Source: Oligoflexus sp. (GTDB taxonomy: Bacteria > Bdellovibrionota_B > Oligoflexia > Oligoflexales > Oligoflexaceae). Taken from it: 64,000 nt of DNA. The notes under the pieces were generated by a model that saw only the letters and a list, made by a program, of their open reading frames with translations, had not been told where the DNA came from and ran no database searches. Shown here in pieces: positions 1 through 8,313 of this stretch. The stretch spans positions 493 through 64,492 of the forward strand of contig JBGSTX010000025.1 of the NCBI GenBank assembly GCA_041736305.1, in the 5' to 3' direction. The position numbers and the translations under genes are program-made. Position 1 is the stretch's first letter. The number at the start of each line of letters is the position of its first letter.

Positions 1-303
1 AGACAGCGCTGGGCCCTAGAGTCGGCTGGTGGGCAATACGTCAAAATTAAAAACCTCGAGACAGGTCGCTGCCTTGACATCAACGCGGATAATTTCCAGC
101 CGCGTGAAGGCGACTGCAGCATGAACTACGGTGGCCAGTATTGGTCGAGGACCTACTTCAATGGCACTCCTTACATGAGCCTGCGCAACAAGTTCGGTGG
201 CGACGGTCGCTGCCTCGATGTGATCAACGACGGCAGCAACAATCGTCTGCAACTGACTGAGTGCCGCAAAGTAAGCGGTCAAATGTGGCGGGCTGAAGGT
301 TGA
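1..303 (+). CDS. C-terminal fragment of a ricin-type beta-trefoil (carbohydrate-binding) domain protein; the 5' end lies outside the window
   Basis: Frame 1 is open from base 1 to the TGA at 301-303. The translation shows three spaced Q-x-W motifs (QRW, QYW, QMW) and repeated G-(R)-CLD(I/V) strands typical of ricin B lectin repeats. Confidence 0.6.
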   Translation, partial: RQRWALESAGGQYVKIKNLETGRCLDINADNFQPREGDCSMNYGGQYWSRTYFNGTPYMSLRNKFGGDGRCLDVINDGSNNRLQLTECRKVSGQMWRAEG

Positions 304-415
304 GGTTCGACCTCTAAGCTTCCCATACTTTCATCCCATCTAACCGCAATATTTTAGCTGGAATCGTCTCTAAAAGGTGACCTGCGCGCTATACCGAATC
401 TGGAAGGAAAGCTTC

Positions 416-1024
416 ATGAGACATCTATTGAGTTTAAGTGCCACGATATTGGGTACCTTGATCCTGAGTTCCGCTGCTCACGCAGAAGGAGAAGCAGAAA
501 GCGAAAGTACTACGCAGCTTGCGCAAATACTCAGCGTCCGATCTTGCAATGATGAGAACGCTAAGTTTGTGCTCGATAAAGACGGCAGCATGACTCTCGA
601 CTTTGAAGCGAAAAAGGCTACCCGAGACGATTTTTGCCAAACTATTGTTAAACTCAGCGTACCGGCTGGCTACTCTTTAAAACCTGGTCTTGAGGCCCGC
701 TTACAGGTCGGCGGCCAACTCTACAAGACCTCGGATATTCTAGGTCTTTCCTTCAAAGTGCAGAGCGGTGAGAAGGTGAGTCGGATTTCTAAGACGGTCT
801 CGCTCACCAACGAGAGTGGATCGGCAACCCCACTGAGCCTCGCCGCAGATCTGGAGCTGCCTGAGATCGGTCGCTGTGCGCGAGATCCTAAAGCTCAAGA
901 GTACAATCTCTCCTTTGCGACGGCAGCTCGTATCATCCGAGCCGAAGGATCGACGGCAACAGGCAGTCTGGTGAAACTGGCTCTACCACCCTTAGTCCTC
1001 CAGCTCATCGACTGTGCCAAATAA
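416..1024 (+). CDS. Secreted Cys-containing beta-rich protein, DUF4360-like, paralog 1 of 3
   Basis: ATG at 416 is preceded by GGAAGGAAAG. Signal peptide is MRHLLSLSATILGTLILSSAAHA. The four-Cys pattern (SC.., FCQTIVKLSVPAGY, GRC, ..DC near the C-terminus) is shared with the next two genes. Confidence 0.6.
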   Translation: MRHLLSLSATILGTLILSSAAHAEGEAESESTTQLAQILSVRSCNDENAKFVLDKDGSMTLDFEAKKATRDDFCQTIVKLSVPAGYSLKPGLEARLQVGGQLYKTSDILGLSFKVQSGEKVSRISKTVSLTNESGSATPLSLAADLELPEIGRCARDPKAQEYNLSFATAARIIRAEGSTATGSLVKLALPPLVLQLIDCAK

Positions 1025-1064
1025 ATTAAATCGATTAAGAATTCACTCTAACGGAGATTTCAAA

Positions 1065-1694
1065 ATGTTCTTCAAATCAATGCTTCTCCCGCTCTTTATG
1101 CTGAGCCAGCAGGCTTTTTCTTATTCCGTAACTGTCGAAAACAACCCTAAAGGCTTGGTCAAGCACCTCGAAATATATGGCTGCGGCGAAGACATTACCG
1201 CCCGCCTCGAAGCTGGTCCTGATGACCCAGTTTTGATCAACCGCTCCTTGGTGATAGATTTCGGTAATCTGTTTTTGGGTGGCGAAGACAAGCAGGCGCG
1301 ACTTGCCTGTATCGTCGATGTCGACGTCCAGATCGGGGCTGGTTTGGTTTTCCGCATTAATGATGGTGCGGTACAAGGCTATGCGGAAGGCTCAGGACTA
1401 TCTGGATCGATCGGCTTTGACTATGACCTTGCGGCAACTGGGGATCGGGCCTCAATCGATCGCGATTTCTTCGTTCAAAATGGCCTGGAAGATATTGGTG
1501 TTGTGGCAGCAGTCAAAAACCCAAGATTCACTCGCTGCTCGAATTCTCCCCAGGTCTTCCGACTCAGCGGATCGGTATTTCTCGATTACAAAGGGTCCAA
1601 TGACCCAACAGCAGTCATTCGCATTACCGGTAGTCAGCAATCTAAACAATACGGCGTCGGCTGGAACTGGTCCTGCATGAAGTGCACTCCCTAG
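1065..1694 (+). CDS. Secreted Cys-containing protein, DUF4360-like, paralog 2 of 3
   Basis: ATG at 1065 follows an ACGGAGA ribosome-binding site. Signal peptide is MFFKSMLLPLFMLSQQAFS. Motifs YGCGED, ACIVDVDVQIGAGLVF, TRCSNSP and a C-terminal GWNWSC resemble my memory of the DUF4360 family (about 200 aa, conserved Cys, C-terminal W..C). Confidence 0.6.
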   Translation: MFFKSMLLPLFMLSQQAFSYSVTVENNPKGLVKHLEIYGCGEDITARLEAGPDDPVLINRSLVIDFGNLFLGGEDKQARLACIVDVDVQIGAGLVFRINDGAVQGYAEGSGLSGSIGFDYDLAATGDRASIDRDFFVQNGLEDIGVVAAVKNPRFTRCSNSPQVFRLSGSVFLDYKGSNDPTAVIRITGSQQSKQYGVGWNWSCMKCTP

Positions 1695-1805
1695 GTTACA
1701 ATTTTGTAGTGCACTGCAATATTGAAGTTCGAATCTGCTCTACTAATAGAGAACCTGAACCCGAGATCTTAAAAGATCTTCCACTCACGATGCCGGAGAA
1801 AATAA

Positions 1806-2411
1806 ATGTTCAAGACTATGCTCGCTCTGATCCCTGGAGTTCTTCTTGCTGGTAGCGCCCTAGCTTCCCCCTTCCAGATCACCAATGCCACGTCTCTAGG
1901 CCGTTGTTCCGCTGACCTTCGGATCGAGCCGACCGATGACGGTGCTTATCTTCTAGTCGCTGACTTCAACGATGTTTATGCAGCAGCCGAGAATCCAAGC
2001 AGCCGGGATTTCCAATACTGTACCCTCAAGTACGATATCAACCTCGCACCAAACTACGTAATTCGCCGCATCGATACTACTGTTGAAGGGTACTATTCTG
2101 TATCGCCAGGTAGCAAAGTTGTGGTCGGTGTTGAGAACCGGGCGGTTGGTTCTTCGCGTTCAGTCAATCAGCGCTATGTTTTCAATCAGCCGACCGATAA
2201 CGGCAACCTCGAATATGTAGTCGGTAGCATCAATCGCTCCGATCTTCCTGGCAGTGCTCAGGTTCCTGGTGGGACTGTCCAATTGAACACGAAATACACC
2301 GTCGAAGCTGTTCAAGGCAACGCTCCTGGTGGAACTGATGTTCGCCTTACCACGGCTACAGCTGGCGGAAGTTCTTACCCTATCTGCAAGATCTACGTTC
2401 AACAGCAATAA
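1806..2411 (+). CDS. Secreted Cys-containing protein, DUF4360-like, paralog 3 of 3
   Basis: RBS GGAGAA. Signal peptide is MFKTMLALIPGVLLAGSALA. GRCSAD, YCTLKYDINLAPNYVI and a C-terminal PICK align with paralogs 1 and 2. The third Cys is absent. Confidence 0.6.
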   Translation: MFKTMLALIPGVLLAGSALASPFQITNATSLGRCSADLRIEPTDDGAYLLVADFNDVYAAAENPSSRDFQYCTLKYDINLAPNYVIRRIDTTVEGYYSVSPGSKVVVGVENRAVGSSRSVNQRYVFNQPTDNGNLEYVVGSINRSDLPGSAQVPGGTVQLNTKYTVEAVQGNAPGGTDVRLTTATAGGSSYPICKIYVQQQ

Positions 2412-2440
2412 TCCCTTGTTAACAGCCGCGCTTAGACTCA

Positions 2441-2464
2441 GGGAGCCTTGGGCTCCCTTTCTTG
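2441..2464 (+). terminator. Rho-independent terminator after the paralog array
   Basis: GGGAGCC-TTG-GGCTCCC hairpin followed by TTTCTTGT. It overlaps the upstream in-frame ATG at 2448, which supports the 2490 start for the next gene. Confidence 0.6.
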
Positions 2465-2489
2465 TAAGATCCTCTTGTGGAAGCTCATT

Positions 2490-3857
2490 ATGCTTAAGTG
2501 CTCTCGTTTAAATGTTTTGATTTTTACAGGGCTGCTCAGTGGATGCGGCCTGGCCTCGGGACCTTCTGTTTCTGGTCTCGACGAAGCATGGAATGCAGCC
2601 AACGATCCTGGTAATTTTGTTTCAGCAGCCGAGAATGCATTAAATGCTCTTCCTCAATCAGGGAAAGCAAATGGCCCCGCCTGGAGCGGTGACTACTGGC
2701 CTACTTACCGCGGTGGTATCGCCCAGCGCTGGCAGGCCGCTGAGCTCGAAGCTAAAGCTGGATATGATATCTTAGACGCGGCAGCGTTGCGGGGACGGGA
2801 TCTCAGCGGCTTATCCCCTGCTGAGAAGTATGATATCTACGCTGGAGACTATTCTTTTACTCTGACCAAACTCGAGCGATCGAGAACAGCTGTGCTCGCC
2901 ACTATTCCTAATCGGCCTGAATATAATGGATCGACTATTCCTACCTGGCGAGGACTCTGCCATGGTTGGGCTCCAGCCTCTGTGGCCCACGCCGAGCCAA
3001 AGCCGGTCAAGCTGAAGAATCGTGATGGAATCGAGGTCTCATTCGGATCAGCTGATATCAAAGCTCTCCTGACCTATGTCTATCACGAGGGGCAAGGATC
3101 AGAATCGCAACTTATCGGCTCGCGTTGTGAAGTGAACCTAGCTAGTCTTCGTTCGCAGCTGAATCAGGGGCTCATCTCTCGCGAGCAATATGATAGAGAA
3201 GTAGAATCAGCGAACTGCCGCGATACCAATGCTGGGTCTTTCCACCTGGCTCTCGCGAATGAAATCGGGCGGAAGAAAAAATCCTTCATTGCGGATGTGA
3301 CCCGCGATCAGGAGGTCTGGAATCAAGCGGTCGTCGCCTATGATAGTAAGTTCGAGACTGTCCTTAAGCAAGCATCAGCGGGAGCCGCACCCGGCACCGC
3401 CTATGAAGTCGAAGTTACGACGAACATGCGCTATATCATCGAAATCGATTCGAGCTGGCAGGCAAATGGTAATGAGGGGATCTATAGGACGGCTAGCTAC
3501 CGCTATCGCCTCGAACTTGATGCGGGTCAACGCATCATTGGTGGAACTTGGTTGAGTGAAATGCGACCTGATTTTCTCTGGCGCGTGAGCCGCCCTCAGG
3601 TCTCCTCGCGTCTAAGATTTCTCCCCGAGCTTTTTCAAGCTTCGACCGGACGCCCTCTGAGTGCGGATGAGAGCAATGGAGGTGGTTCACAGCCTATGCC
3701 TTCACCTTCTCCTGCACCCCCAACTGTTCCACCCGTTGTCAGACCGCCGGTTATTACTCCTCCAACTATCCCACCGGTCGTGACGCCCCCGACTAGCCCT
3801 AGTCCTGGCCGTCTGACCCAACCTGTCCATCGGCCTCAACCCAGCCATCGCAACTAA
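2490..3857 (+). CDS. Lipoprotein homolog of the transglutaminase-elicitor (Phytophthora GP42 TGase) family with a C-terminal proline-rich tail
   Basis: Lipobox MLKCSRLNVLIFTGLLSGC. WRGLCHGWAP is a putative nucleophile context. VWNQAVVAYDSKFE resembles the Pep-13 epitope VWNQPVRGFKVYE. The tail is PSPSPAPPTVPPVVRPPVITPPTIPPVVTPPTSPSP. Confidence 0.6.
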   Translation: MLKCSRLNVLIFTGLLSGCGLASGPSVSGLDEAWNAANDPGNFVSAAENALNALPQSGKANGPAWSGDYWPTYRGGIAQRWQAAELEAKAGYDILDAAALRGRDLSGLSPAEKYDIYAGDYSFTLTKLERSRTAVLATIPNRPEYNGSTIPTWRGLCHGWAPASVAHAEPKPVKLKNRDGIEVSFGSADIKALLTYVYHEGQGSESQLIGSRCEVNLASLRSQLNQGLISREQYDREVESANCRDTNAGSFHLALANEIGRKKKSFIADVTRDQEVWNQAVVAYDSKFETVLKQASAGAAPGTAYEVEVTTNMRYIIEIDSSWQANGNEGIYRTASYRYRLELDAGQRIIGGTWLSEMRPDFLWRVSRPQVSSRLRFLPELFQASTGRPLSADESNGGGSQPMPSPSPAPPTVPPVVRPPVITPPTIPPVVTPPTSPSPGRLTQPVHRPQPSHRN

Positions 3858-3864
3858 GTGAAGG

Positions 3865-3884
3865 GGGACTCGGAGACGAGTCCC
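3865..3884. terminator. Bidirectional hairpin between convergent genes
   Basis: GGGACTCG-GAGA-CGAGTCCC is a perfect 8-bp stem lying between the stops at 3857 (+) and 3899 (-). Confidence 0.55.
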
Positions 3885-3898
3885 TACTTTCGCTCGGC

Positions 3899-4921
3899 TC
3901 AGAGAGCTCGCATCACGTCTTCCGAGAAGCGCTGCATCTCTTCAAGCTGTGGGCTGCTTTGCAGGAGGAAAAGATCGATTCCAGCATCAGCAAACTCGCC
4001 GATCCGATCAATGACTTCTGCGGGAGTTCCTAGCAGACCCGACTTCAAACCTCGGTTCGAGACGGAATAATCTTCCAGACTCACTTTCTGATCCAGTTGC
4101 GAATTCTGCACAAAATCCCGGTAATTCTCATAGGCACTCGAACCTGGCGACACATCGGTAATGCGGGCAATCTCACGGTCCACCTCGGCTTTGGAGCTGC
4201 GGACTATCGTATAGGCTGCGACTCCAAACTGCATCGGGTCTTTGCCAAAGCTTTCTCGTCGACGCTTCATGTCTTCAATCTTAGCTCGGAGTCGCTCAGG
4301 AGGATCTCCGTGCATGACATAAACGTCAGCGTAGCGCGCGATCATATTTTTTGCTGCTTCTGACTCCCCTCCGGCGTAGATAGGAGGGCTAGGCTTCTGT
4401 AGAGGCTTGGGCTCGACGACTAGATCTTCAAGATCGTAGTATCGGCCCTTGAAACTCACCTGGGGCTCGTTCCAGGCTGCTTGCAAAACTTGCAGCCACT
4501 CACTTGTGCGCGCATAGCGGTCGTCGTGCATATCGAAGGGAATTCCAAAGCGTCTGGCCTCGTCTTTCCACCAAGAGGAGACGACATTGAGGGAAAGACG
4601 CCCCCCGGATATTTGATCAATCTGTGCGACCTGTTTAGAAAAGGGCCCAGGAGCGTGATAGGTCGGCCGTACAGCAACCAGTAACTCGAGACGCTTCGTC
4701 ACAGCTGCAAGCGCTGCTGCTGTGCTCCAGGCGTCGAGGGAAGGAGCTTTAATCCCCTTGATGTCGTTTAGCATCAGTTCGGCGATGAGGGTGAGATCGT
4801 AGCCCCAGTCCTCCGCGAGGAGGCTCAGGCGTTTTACAGCTTCCCAACTGGCTGCAGGTCCCTCATCCTGCACGTTTCGTAGCCAGCCGCCAAAGACGGG
4901 CAACCAGAATCCGTACTTCAT
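3899..4921 (-). CDS. LLM-class (luciferase-like) flavin-dependent oxidoreductase, SsuD/RutA-like
   Basis: N-terminus MKYGFWLPVFGGWL. The ISGGRLSLNVVSSWW and IYAGGESEAAK blocks are typical of bacterial luciferase-like monooxygenases. Confidence 0.75.
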   Translation of the reverse strand: MKYGFWLPVFGGWLRNVQDEGPAASWEAVKRLSLLAEDWGYDLTLIAELMLNDIKGIKAPSLDAWSTAAALAAVTKRLELLVAVRPTYHAPGPFSKQVAQIDQISGGRLSLNVVSSWWKDEARRFGIPFDMHDDRYARTSEWLQVLQAAWNEPQVSFKGRYYDLEDLVVEPKPLQKPSPPIYAGGESEAAKNMIARYADVYVMHGDPPERLRAKIEDMKRRRESFGKDPMQFGVAAYTIVRSSKAEVDREIARITDVSPGSSAYENYRDFVQNSQLDQKVSLEDYSVSNRGLKSGLLGTPAEVIDRIGEFADAGIDLFLLQSSPQLEEMQRFSEDVMRAL

Positions 4922-5901
4922 ACGCGACTCGATTCTCTTGCCCGGAATTCCAGGTAATCGCAGAGCTTATGAAAGGGATCGAAGCCGACCACGTTCACTG
5001 CATCGGCAACGAAGTTCGAGAGAGCGTTGATGTCGTAGATGTAGGCCTGCCCGTCGCGATCGTCGACGAGATACTCTATTCCACCAACGTCGAGCTTGAT
5101 GCTGCGAGCTATCTTCAAAGCCGCTTCAATGAGTGCAGGAGGGGGATCAGCTTTCTCGACCCTTAGACCTCTTTTCGGTGCATCGATAGCACAGGCGCCG
5201 CGAACCAGTTCTCTTCCATCAGAAGTTTGGCAAGCATCGGCAGGGCAAAGATCGAAGCTACCAGCGGGAGGATAAACCTTGATAGCGTAGAGGTACTCTC
5301 CGCCCAAAACTTCGATACGGACGATGTGGCCATCGCGTGGAAGTGCATATTCCTGTACCAGTGCCGAGCCATCAATGCCCATCGGTACGCTGCCTTCTTC
5401 CACGGCGGCCTTGAGCTCGGATGCATCGTTGTAACGAACGATGCCGGCACCACTCCCGCCAATATTGGCTTTTACGACAAGAGGATAGCGAAGGCTTTCG
5501 GCAGCTGCCAAAGCGCGGGAAGGGTTATTAATGGCTACTGATTTTGGATAGGCCAAAGCTAACTTCTGCAGGAGCTGTAGCTGCCGAATTTTGGATATTT
5601 CAAAGGCGTATACCTCAGAGCCATTGACCACAGGGATACCTTGATCCTCTAGCTGCCTAAGCCATTCTAAGGTAAAAAACGTAGTATTGCCGCGTCCGCG
5701 CAAAAAGGCCGAAGGGCTGGCACGATTGAATACCAGGCTGTAGGCGGGCGCTTCTTCAGCTAGAGCAAAGCTATGTTCGCTGGCCGAGACCTTGACATAG
5801 GGTAATTGGCGACGATCCAACTCCGCGAAAAGAGGCTTGAACCAGTCGGGGTGCTCATAAAAAATGGCTATGGGTTTCATCGAAGGAGCCTTTCTTTTCA
5901 T
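4918..5901 (-). CDS. ATP-grasp domain protein (RimK / alpha-L-glutamate ligase-like)
   Basis: YPLVVKANIGGSGAGIV is a glycine-rich ATP-grasp loop, and GGIEYLVDDRDGQAYIYDINALSNF is a Mg/ATP site. The stop overlaps the LLM start (ATGA). An alternative start at 5880 (MKPIAIFYE) has the better RBS. Confidence 0.7.
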   Translation of the reverse strand: MKRKAPSMKPIAIFYEHPDWFKPLFAELDRRQLPYVKVSASEHSFALAEEAPAYSLVFNRASPSAFLRGRGNTTFFTLEWLRQLEDQGIPVVNGSEVYAFEISKIRQLQLLQKLALAYPKSVAINNPSRALAAAESLRYPLVVKANIGGSGAGIVRYNDASELKAAVEEGSVPMGIDGSALVQEYALPRDGHIVRIEVLGGEYLYAIKVYPPAGSFDLCPADACQTSDGRELVRGACAIDAPKRGLRVEKADPPPALIEAALKIARSIKLDVGGIEYLVDDRDGQAYIYDINALSNFVADAVNVVGFDPFHKLCDYLEFRARESSRV

Positions 5902-6076
5902 CGATCCAAAAAGGAGCTATAGCAGGCGATTTGCGGCCTGTCCAATTAGTTCAAATTTAGTGAATCGGGCGGATGAAGCCCACTGCGTGGAACCTGCGAG
6001 GATGAGTCGAAGCCCTGTCTAGGGGGACGGGTATACGAGGCAGTCGTTAGAGTGCCTCTAAGGAGAAAGCGGCCCC

Positions 6077-7210
6077 TTAATAGGCTAGGGATTTCAGCTG
6101 TTCGATCTTGGCCTTTTCATCGTCGGGAAGGTTGGTGCCTGAGCTGCCCGTATAAGAGAAGAGGATGTTTTCTTGGAACTGAGCGAAGGCCTTCCTCGCG
6201 AGCGCTGTCTTAGGTTGGAGACGAATAGCTTCTTCAAAATAGGCATTCGGCTCGTCAGCGAAGAGGGGAGATCCGATACCTAGCTCGGCAATACCGAGGT
6301 GGTAGTAAGCGTCAGCCTTTTCGGGTGCTGGGACTTCTTTGGACTGGACTACTTCGTGAAGTAACTTCGAGGCGAAAATATAGTGGATGAGGCCGACTCG
6401 ATCGCGAGGATATTCCATACTGACGAGGGCCTTTTTCATGTGATTCTTCGCTTGGGAGAGGGAACTGCCTTTGGGTTTCTGTGCTTGATCAGCTTTGAGA
6501 GCCGAGACCCAAGCAGTCAGATCTTTTTTAACGAGTTCAGGGTAGGCATCGAGCTTCATCGACTGCAGCGTCTTGAGAACCGAGGCGGCATCGCCTCTGA
6601 CCCTAATATTGATGACCAGGTACTCGATGAGAGGATCAAAATTGATCAATTCGTCGGCGGAGAGTTCGTTCGACAGAAATAGTTTTTCATACTGCTTAGA
6701 TGCTGCTTCGAACTGCCTTGAGAGAGCTAGAAAGCGGGCTTGGGAGAGAGGATCGAATTCATTCCACTTTAGATCCTTATTGAAGTCGACCACGAAGCGC
6801 GAATCTTCGGTGCTACTGCGGCTCGTATGACAGCTGAAGCAGGTGTTGACGACGTCGGATAGAAAAAAGCGGGTCTGTGACGTGTTTCCATCCTTGAATT
6901 GCTTATAGGCTTTCATCGTGCTTTTCGAGAGTTCAGCCGCGAGGACTTGATGCCCTTTGTCGCTTCTGCCGGCAATACCTTGGATTGCATGGGCATGCTC
7001 TGCAAGGTTCTTAAACTGTGGCTCTAGAGTTTCGCGTTCCTTAGGGCTCAGACTATCACTGCCTTTGAGCAGGACTCCCATGACTTTAATCAGCGAGCCG
7101 TAGACGGCCTGCATATGAGGTTTGAATTCAGCATACTGATCTTTGGGAACATCAAAGGCCGAAGCACTTGTGCAGACGAAAAGGATCAGCGAAATGCGCA
7201 GCAATCTCAT
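6077..7210 (-). CDS. Secreted protein with one c-type heme motif and a helical repeat (TPR-like) C-terminal half
   Basis: Signal peptide MRLLRISLILFVCTSASA. It has a single CFSCH (CxxCH) motif. The C-terminal ADAYYHLGIAELGIG...AYFEEAIRLQP is TPR-like. Confidence 0.5.
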   Translation of the reverse strand: MRLLRISLILFVCTSASAFDVPKDQYAEFKPHMQAVYGSLIKVMGVLLKGSDSLSPKERETLEPQFKNLAEHAHAIQGIAGRSDKGHQVLAAELSKSTMKAYKQFKDGNTSQTRFFLSDVVNTCFSCHTSRSSTEDSRFVVDFNKDLKWNEFDPLSQARFLALSRQFEAASKQYEKLFLSNELSADELINFDPLIEYLVINIRVRGDAASVLKTLQSMKLDAYPELVKKDLTAWVSALKADQAQKPKGSSLSQAKNHMKKALVSMEYPRDRVGLIHYIFASKLLHEVVQSKEVPAPEKADAYYHLGIAELGIGSPLFADEPNAYFEEAIRLQPKTALARKAFAQFQENILFSYTGSSGTNLPDDEKAKIEQLKSLAY

Positions 7211-7430
7211 ATATCCTGCCCCTAAAATTTGCAATTTGGTCTTAGTTTAGACCATAGCAAACGGTGTGCCAAGAATAAGTGAGCTTTTTGCGGTCTGGAG
7301 TAGCGAAAAAACGGCAATTGCTGTGGAAGGACGTAGAATTTGCCGCTGGCCTGCTGCAAATGACGCAATCTATGCTCATGAAAAAGGCTTCAGCAGGTCA
7401 CGACGCGGCTTTGATCCTATTGATAGAGCT

Positions 7431-7976
7431 TTACTCAGGAGTAAGCAGAACATATTCCAGGTAAGACTTAATATTTTCAGCCGCAGGAGCTTGCGGCACT
7501 AGATACTCGTCTACCAGAGCTGTCATATGGGAAACGACCTCGTTGTACTCACTATCGTTTCTCTTGAGCTGCCGCTCTAGTGGAGGCGTTCGATACTTCG
7601 AAATTGTTTCTCTAATTACCAGTGAATCCAGATTCAAGGAATAAGTGTCGGAGCTCATCCGGCGGTTCACGGCAATCTGCAGATCTCGGTTTTCGATGCT
7701 AGCTTCCACCCGGAAGAGTGGTCCCGACGGGATGTAGATCAAAGCTTCTTTACTTAAATCAGCGAGCATTTTCTGCTCAAGCAGCTGAAACTGGTCGCTG
7801 CTGACCTCAGCTGAAAGGGTCGCTCGCTCAGAAGCTTGAGAACGTTCTGCACTTTCGTTGGCCTGGAGCACAAAAGCGCCGCTTGTTGAGCAAAGACCTA
7901 TAAGAGAAATCTTGCCAATGCAGCGAAGAATTGAGGAGCCGGTCGGTTTTGGAAAGCTGGGGATAAATTTTTGCAT
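7431..7976 (-). CDS. Hypothetical protein with a hydrophobic N-terminus
   Basis: Long ORF on the same strand as its neighbours. I recognised no motif. Confidence 0.4.
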   Translation of the reverse strand: MQKFIPSFPKPTGSSILRCIGKISLIGLCSTSGAFVLQANESAERSQASERATLSAEVSSDQFQLLEQKMLADLSKEALIYIPSGPLFRVEASIENRDLQIAVNRRMSSDTYSLNLDSLVIRETISKYRTPPLERQLKRNDSEYNEVVSHMTALVDEYLVPQAPAAENIKSYLEYVLLTPE

Positions 7977-8313
7977 GGGTTCCACCAAGTGCTCGTCCTA
8001 TAAATCGGTGCTTCAATCGAAACACACTCAACTACCGTTCAAAGAATACCTACGCAAGGAATAAAGCACATCCGGAATTTCTCCTGTTTGTAGCAAACGA
8101 GAGGCAGTTTTGTCTCTTTTTTCCTACGAAAGTGCAAGTTAATCAGGACCGAAAAATCAGCTCCTAAACACGCCTGTATGGCTGGTTTTATTGACCGAGA
8201 AATCGTTGCAAATTCAGCGAATATCTATGGGAAAACTTCAGCCAGAATGAGAATGAAACATGAGGTCTAGCACAAGCTTATCAGTAATTGTTTTCGAGGC
8301 TTATTGCCCAGAA

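Noticed and set aside
1695-1805. The sequence GTTCGAATC in the gap between paralogs 2 and 3 looked like a tRNA T-loop.
   Set aside because: The flanking bases cannot form a T-stem or a 7-bp acceptor stem, and there is no anticodon arm. It is not a tRNA.
2448-2489. Upstream in-frame ATG that would extend the TGase-like ORF by 14 codons.
   Set aside because: That ATG sits inside the loop of the terminator hairpin at 2441-2457. The ATG at 2490 gives a canonical lipoprotein signal.
3690-3854. The proline-rich repetitive stretch might be a DNA tandem repeat or a contingency locus.
   Set aside because: The repeat is only at the amino-acid level (PPxxPP with varied codons). No exact nucleotide tandem unit is visible, so I interpret it as a linker.
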